Positions 56,406 to 64,000 of a stretch of DNA of 64,000 nt are shown in pieces (position 1 is the first letter of the stretch; each line of letters begins with the position of its first letter). Position numbers and translations under genes: made by a program. Source of the DNA: Chrysomallon squamiferum (lineage: Eukaryota > Animalia > Mollusca). The stretch lies in assembly GCA_012295275.1 (NCBI GenBank), contig CM022668.1, positions 13,888,001 through 13,952,000 on the forward strand, given 5' to 3'. Under the pieces are notes generated by a model that made no database searches, was not told where the DNA came from, and was given only the letters and a program-made list of their open reading frames with translations.

Positions 56406-57744
56406 AACTAAAAAAAAAATGTTTCTGGTACATTTGTACTCTCTGGATTGATAATAATAGAAATAATTTGAGGTTTTTGTGAACCAGAAAATCACACTTT
56501 CAGTGCATAACTTATATCACAAACATTTAAAAATCCCTCAGTATGTTCGTCTGTCTGTATTATAATTATTGTGGTAAAATGAGAAAAACAAAAACTTTCA
56601 TTTATAGCAAAACAATATTTGTTTTTCTCTTTTAAAATATATTTAAAATATATTGATTGTGTGTTGTTTTGTTTGTTTATGCAAGTTAATATGTAACAAA
56701 ATGAAATTCATTCATGCATATATTACTGAAACATCTGTGAAAATTTTTAACATTATGAATCTTTCAGATCTTTCAAAGACTGTTGAGTATTGTTTACCAG
56801 TAAGTAGAAAATTGACTGTTATTTACTAACTGGATTTACAAAATGATCAGAATAAATATGTTTATAGCTCACAACTTTATAACCTTGCCAAGTTGATTTA
56901 TATGTGATGCAAATTCATTTCCATTGCTGTTACTATCACCATCATCATTATGTTGGTATTTTTCTTTTTTTCTTTCTTTTTCATTTAGTTTTTAATTTAT
57001 AATTTTTTAATTTAATTTTTTTAGATAATTATTTCTGTTATTACTGTTGCTGATGTTGTTCTTGTTATTCTATTACTATCATTTTTGTTATTTCTGTTAG
57101 TATTTTTGTAGTAATTATTATTGTTGTTGTTTTTGTTATATTCCTATTGTTATTACTGTTGTAAATATTATTAATGGTATTTTTTTACATTACTATTTCT
57201 GTTGTTATAAATATTATTTTAATCATTATTATTATTATTATTGTTCTTATTCACACACACACAGTTCTAAATGACTATATTACTGTTATCATTATTATTT
57301 TAATTATAACCGTTCTTCCTACCATCATCATCATCATCAACATCATCATCATCACCAAAATTATTTTATTCACATCACTTCTCCCCCACCCCCACCCTGT
57401 CAGCAGTTTACAAACAAATTACAAATATAAACGCTACATTTGCAAATTACATAAGAGACCATTGTGCAATATTAACAACATCAGGAATGATTACCTGCAA
57501 AGGTCATGCCATTTGTAAAAATAAATTTTTCAAACCCGCACCATGAGATAAATATGGACGTGGAGTCAAAACAGAGAGCTGTGCGACTACAAATTAATGT
57601 GGGAAGATTCCTCGGTGCTGTCATCAGCAACACTGGGACAACGGCTTGTCAAAACGGTAATGGGAAAATTTTACTCCATTAAACAAGGACAAATTACTAC
57701 AGCAGTGTTTCCAGGTTTTGTCTTAATTGGTCAGTGGAGCGAGT

Positions 57745-57967
57745 GAGATTGAGAGAGAGCGAGAGAGTGACAGAGAGCGAGAGAGAGAGAGAGAGAGAGT
57801 AAGAGAGAGAGTAAGAGAGAGATTGAGAGAGATTGAGAGAGAGCGAGAGAGAGAATAAGAGAGAGAGTAAGAGAGAGAGAAAGAGAGATAACGAGACAGA
57901 GAGATTGAGAGAGAGAGAGAAAGAGAGATAACAAGACAGAGAGATTGAGAGAGAGAGAGAGAGATTG

Positions 57968-58003
<36 letters not shown>

Positions 58004-58186
58004 AAGAGAGAGATAACGAGAGAGAGAGAGTGAGAGAGACAGTAAGAGAGAGAGAGAGAGATAACGAGACAGAGAGATTGAGAGAGTGAGAGAGAGAGTA
58101 AGAGAGAGAGTAAGAGAGAGAGAAAGAGAGATAACGAGACAGAGAGATTGAGAGAGAGAGAGAAAGAGAGATAACAAGACAGAGAG

Positions 58187-58233
<47 letters not shown>

Positions 58234-58489
58234 AGAAAGAGAGAGAGAAAGAGAGATAACGAGACAGAGAGATTGAGAGAGACAGTAAGAGAGAGAGAGA
58301 GAGATAACGAGACAGAGAGATTGAGAGAGAGAGAAAGAGAGAGAAGAGAGAGAGAAAGAGAGATAACGAGACAGAGAGATTGAGAGAGAAAGAGAGAGAG
58401 AGATAACGAGACAGAGAGATTGAGAGAGAGAAAGTAAGAGAGAGAGAAAGAGATAACGAGACAGACAGAGAGAGAGACACACACACTGT

Positions 58490-58552
<63 letters not shown>

Positions 58553-58572
58553 CAACAGAAAGTGAGAGAGAG
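57745..58572 (+). repeat. Higher-order GA-rich satellite (~830 bp)
   Basis: Repeated GAGATAACGAGACAGAGAGATTGAGAGAG blocks separated by variable (GA)n. Confidence 0.95.
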
Positions 58573-59857
58573 ATGGCTCAATGGTGGTTTCATTATTTTA
58601 CTTTTGCCTGGTTTTGTTGGCAAGAGGTGTTGCTCTATTTGCATTTTTCTGGCTTTTCTTTCTTTATTTTTTGTCTTTTTAATTTTTTTAATTATAATTT
58701 TTGGGATGTTTTTGTATTAGAGGTTGTTGCCCTACTTTTTCTTTTTTATTTATTTTTTTAAATTTTTAAGTGGTTTGCTTGGATTTTTTGTTGTTGTTGT
58801 TGTTGTTGTTGTTCTATTTAGGGCTGTATACTCTTTTTTTGGTTCATTATTTTGGTATGATTTTACTGCTCATTATAATTGTAATGTGTTCTTTGGTTCG
58901 ATTTTCGAGAAGAAAAAAAAATAAATGAAAGAAAAGACCTACAGATCAGCATGTTAAAACCATCAACCATAGATGCCAAATAGAGAAAAATCATGTTACT
59001 TATTGAACAAAGATAAAATAAAAAAATTTGCTTTAAAAAGGTAATTAGTTCCCCTAATTAACAAAAGACACAGGTCATTTCCATTAAGGAAGACAACTCC
59101 AACATCAGAATTAACCTGACAGTTACCATAGCAACACATCTGACAAATCAGCAATGGTTTACACTTTTCAACCATGTGATATTATCTCAACAACAAATTC
59201 TGGCTGATGTGTCATCAAGACTAATTAAGGCTTGATGTGTTGTTGAACAGAATTTCTGTTTGTTTTCAGTCCATAGTAATAATTATTATTAATGGCAAAT
59301 ATCATCAGAAGGCAGAACTGAATTTTAAAAATAACCTGAATCCAAAAAACATCAGTTGGTTGGAAACTTAATCTTTGAATTTATTAAAGCGAATCTTTGG
59401 CAGAAGGAATGAATGATAAAAAAAAATATTAAAAAAATAAAAAATTATTTACACTTACAAGTTATTATTTTAATGTTCCTGGAGACCTTTTATCATTAAT
59501 CATTAATCATTAATGACAATATTTGACAAGTAATGATAAAACTGATACAAAAAAATCTGAACATTTTAACCCCTCTCATAACTACATTTTGATGTCATTG
59601 CATACATAATAACAACCAGGCTTTTTTTGGAGGAGGGGGGTTGCCTAAAGCTGGATGCCAAGAAACAATAAAACAAAACTTGGAAGTATACAGAATATAT
59701 TTTTCATATCACCAAATATTACGTTTTAAATGAATAAAGAATATTTATGGAAGCCTATGTATGTATATAAAAGAATTTTCAAAAATTGTCAAGAAAATGT
59801 TCTAACCTTATGTATGACAGGAGCCCTTTTAATTTCTTTGCTATGTAATTGCTTGAT

Positions 59858-60125
59858 TATTTCCCAATCCTGCCAGTGCTCCAAGACAGGCTTTTATCAA
59901 AGGTCAGTAATAGTAATAGCTTATACTGTTTACGGGTGGTGTTGTTTATAAAAGAATTCTGGCTGCTAATCAAAAGAATAACCCTTGAAGTGGTGGCAGT
60001 GGATTATATTTCTCAAAATTAAATGTCAGTAATAGTAATAGTATAAAAGTCTACGGGAAGGTATTTACAAAAGATTACTTACTAATCAAAATGAATAGGT
60101 CTTACAGAAGTGGATTTTCTTCATT
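59858..60125 (+). mobile_element. Best-preserved SINE core in the window, plus a partial tandem second copy
   Basis: ccagtgctccaagacaggcttttatcaaagg...taaaagaattctggctgctaatcaaaagaataacccttgaagtggtggcagtggatt; the gtcagtaatagtaatag block repeats at ~60025. Confidence 0.6.
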
Positions 60126-60573
60126 ATATCAGCATACAAACAGAACACAAGCTTTCAAACAAATAACTGAAACTAGATGATGCAATAATCCACACATACA
60201 AGTTTTTCATTAAGTAGTAATGGAGAATAAAGGTTTCGAGTTCCATTCATTACTTTCAATTATAAATAAACATCTGAATAGATGTGTTGTTTTTTTTTTA
60301 AATCTATAAATTGAGAGTCTGCAGGTGTAATTTATTATTTCAAACTTGGACAAATGTTTCAGTATAAGCAATTAAAAGCATCAACTCACCATTATATGAA
60401 TATACAATAAACCCAACATTGTAATGAAAGAAGAATGCAATAAGCTTATTTAATGTAAACATTGAAAATGCAGTAAAAGTTTTTGTTTCCTTAATATGGT
60501 AATGAATATAAGCATACCTAACTGTCTAGTCACTGTTATAAATATAACTGAATATATCATTATATGCATGCAA

Positions 60574-60612
<39 letters not shown>

Positions 60613-62331
60613 TATACGTATTTGGTTATATTTTGTTTTTTAAATTTATGAATATATTTATAACAATAAGTGGACAGTTGTTTAAAACCATTTAGAAAAC
60701 TGTGTAATGTATTTCTTACTATTAAAAATACATTGGAATATAAACATGTGAAAACATTTTACATCATCATTTTTATAAAATGCACTTGCAATTATTTTCT
60801 AATTCCAACAACTGCTCTCAAATCCGTAATGACAGATTGGATGAATACTGTAGTTTTGTGATTATTTGTGTTTGTGTGAGTATGTGTATGTACACACACA
60901 CACATATAAAAAGACATACAAAAACATCTTAATTTTATATTATCTGTAGCAGTTGTTTTAAATCTGGTTAGAATTAAGTAAGATTCAGACAAATATCAAC
61001 ATGGCTGCCACCTTTAATAACAACATTTCGGAAACTGGTACAGAACAAAATGGCTGCCTTTCTTCAACATAAAAATACAGGATATGTACAAACTACAGAA
61101 ATAATCTAAAACAGAAGTCCTAGACATTTTTCTGAACTAAAAATTTAAAAACTTGTTACACAGTGATAATAAAAATCCCTGATTTCCATGTAAAATAAAT
61201 TACATTAAAAAAAAAAGATTAAATTTAAATACAAAACCTTCAGTGCCATATGAACTTAGGTTGCCTTTTATTTAATGGGTCTGATTTCATACTGAAAAAT
61301 AAACTCTTTTGTAAACTTTGAAATGAAAATAAATTAATTATTTAGTGTATTAATAAAAAGTGAAAATGCAATAGGATTCTGAAGTCGTTCCATCGTCTTT
61401 AAATTAAATCAGGAAAAGTTAAAAAAATACTGATGATTTGAAAAATTAAATTTCACTATCTTGTTTGTTGTATTTGGTATTTAAAGGGGGTTGCAAATTT
61501 TATTATTCACATTCTGAAATATTATTAATATTTATTTTATTTGAATGAACTGTTATGTTATTATTATAAATATTTATTTATCTGCATTTGTTTTATTTTA
61601 TTTCAAACTGTTTTATTTTATTAACTGTCATTTTTGAATTTAATATAATTTATGTTATTTAAATTATCTCACATTTCATTATTTCACTTTTTTTTATTCC
61701 CATTTTAATTTTTCATTCCTGAACCATTAAAATTTATTTCATTTGATACTACTTTTATTTACGTTAACTTTTTTCTTTAAATTTATTACCACCTTTTCTT
61801 CTGTCTTTATGACACACTCTCTCTCTTTCTTTCTCTCTGTCTGTCCTTCTCTCTCTCTCTCTTTTTTCTTACACCATCCCCCAGGGAGAAATGAGACAGG
61901 ACATTTAATATATTGATTTATGAGTGAAGAAGAACAAAGACTCATAATCCGAATAAAGAAACCGTATCAGTGTGCTATCATCCCAGACTTTCAAAGTTGA
62001 CAGAATACCAGTAGTGACCGCAAAGGACAACAACCAATGCAATAGCAGTGATTTATGGACTAGTTGGGTACATTCTGCCTGCACAGTGAACTCTATGACC
62101 CCCCCACACACCAACAGGGACCTGGTAATCTTAAAGAATAAACAAAGGACAGATGGAAAACCATTGTCAGACACATAATGAAATATTTGGGTTGTTGTGA
62201 GTGAAAGGTTTTGAAAGGCTGCAGTGTGCATTTTTGTGTGTCTAAATCTGCAGGGAAGTGGAGGGAATGTAGTGTGCATATATACATGTGTGTGTATGAA
62301 TTGTTTGTCTGTCTGTGTGTGTGTGTGTGTG

Positions 62332-62381
<50 letters not shown>

Positions 62382-62682
62382 AAATGTACATATTATTTGT
62401 ATATATGTATAGTTAGTGTGTGTATATATATCTGTGAAAGAAGACTGTGTATTGTTTGTGTGTCTGTATGAGGTTTATGTAGATGGTTGTATGTACATAT
62501 ATATGTGTGTGTTCACTGTCTGTATACTTGTATCTGAAACACTTGTAAAACAATGCACATCAATACATTACAAACATACACACATCCAACTGTCCATACA
62601 CTACTTTGTACTTTTACAGTGCTTACAACTGGACCACAAATACACAATCAGTTCATCATAAGCACAGGAAACTGTTACACAG

Positions 62683-62689
<7 letters not shown>

Positions 62690-62714
<25 letters not shown>

Positions 62715-62908
62715 TTATGCTGCCCATACAAACTATGCAGTATATATATAGCATGGGAACTATGATATATACAGATATATACTCTAACAACACACACACA
62801 CACACACACACACATATATTTATACTGCCTATACAAACTATGCAATATATATATGGGAACTACACAAACACAGATATATACTCTAACCACACACACACAC
62901 ACACACAT
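62690..62908. repeat. Tandem duplication (~105 bp x2) bounded by (CA)n tracts
   Basis: atatttat.ctgcc.atacaaactatgca.tatatata...tgggaacta...acagatatatactctaac occurs twice. Confidence 0.9.
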
Positions 62909-64000
62909 CTGAAATACCGAAACCGATAATAAAATAAATTAATCTGCTCTCATACAAATTTATAAATACTTTCATTTATGATATTAAAAAAGAAATCGTG
63001 AATGATACATTAGTAACTACCCCTATACTGAATGTTACTGCGGGTATATGGGTGTTGGGTAACAGGCTGGGTAGACTATGTCAACAAACTTTGCAAAGAA
63101 TGTTTTGCATGAGTGGGCTCACAGAAATCTGATATTGAGAAAGGACTGGTTTAAACGCTGGCAATGAAAATCCACCTCCATTTCATGGAGCTTTTTTTTT
63201 TTGCTTTTTTTTTTTTTTTAAATCTTGCATAAGAGATAGATTTAGAAATCCTGCTTTGTGATTTTCTTTTTTATTATTGTTATTATTATTCTGGGTTTTT
63301 TTTTTTAGGTTTGGAGAATTGAAGATGATGTTGTAGTTGTTGGTGTCCATTACTTGAGTGTTATATATATATATATATATATTTATATATACACACATAT
63401 TTTAGGGGGGGTGTTTTAGTGTTGATGTTATGGGGGTTTTTTTGTGTTATTTTTGTTGTTGTTGTTGTTGTTTTTAAGTGGATGGTTATTATTATTTGTT
63501 CTGGCATTTTGCAGTTGCTTTTTTTTTAGGATGTCAAAGGTGGGTGTGGTTTTGTGGGGTGAGGAATTATTAATATTATTGTAAGTTGCTGTTGTCGTTT
63601 GTTTGTGGTGGTCGTTTTTTTTTTTTTTTTTTTAACAATAATTATTAAAAAAAAATTTATTAAACTGCCAGACTTATGGTTTCTAATATTTCAGTACATG
63701 TTCACTAAGATCATAAATATATTCATGTACAGACAAAACTGGTTTTAATAATAATAATAATAATAATAATAAAATAATATAAAAATATATATATATATAA
63801 TGATAATAATTTGTATTTTCTAAAATCTATCTATTTTAATATCATTACGACTTAAAAGTGTTTTGATATGTCATCTACTTTATTTTTTTATTTTTTATTT
63901 TTATTTATACTTATATTTATTTTTTATATATATTATGTGCTTTTTATTTTTATTTATATTATGCGCTTTTTATTTTTATTTTTTTTTTATTATTATTTAT

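Noticed and set aside
61905-62279. 124-aa ORF containing a signal-like stretch SLLLHWLLSFAVTT with a phase-1 G|GTATTC
   Set aside because: No in-frame ATG near the hydrophobic stretch and a weak donor; kept only as a non-coding island.

Overview
AT-rich, CpG-poor, microsatellite-dense animal genomic DNA, not prokaryotic. The degenerate SINE and MITE motifs resemble mollusc (gastropod-like) repeats, but this is from recollection and unverified. Almost all of the supplied ORF track is simple-repeat artefact. The only well-supported coding sequence is a minus-strand gene near the left end. Two symmetric phase-1 exons (6380-6511, 5243-5368) each encode an LDL-receptor class A (LDLa) module. A probable third exon starting at 3577 completes the split sixth Cys. 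It either ends after 36 nt or reads through into a hydrophobic C-terminal tail (TM/GPI-like) and a stop at 3465. No start or signal-peptide exon was found, so 6512-64000 is most simply one very long intron. That stretch holds old tRNA-derived SINE fragments, a pogo/Tigger-like MITE, many minisatellites and enhancer-like islands. The main leads are: (1) a consensus recursive-splicing site (polypyrimidine-CAG|GTAAGT) at 26714/26715 on the gene's strand; (2) a possible minimal 2xLDLa plus anchor receptor with a dual-use exon; (3) two CCAAT arrays phased at 31-32 bp; (4) a strand-polarity switch of GA/CT tracts near 29 kb; (5) a minisatellite built from the exon's own splice acceptor. None of these has been checked against databases or RNA data.
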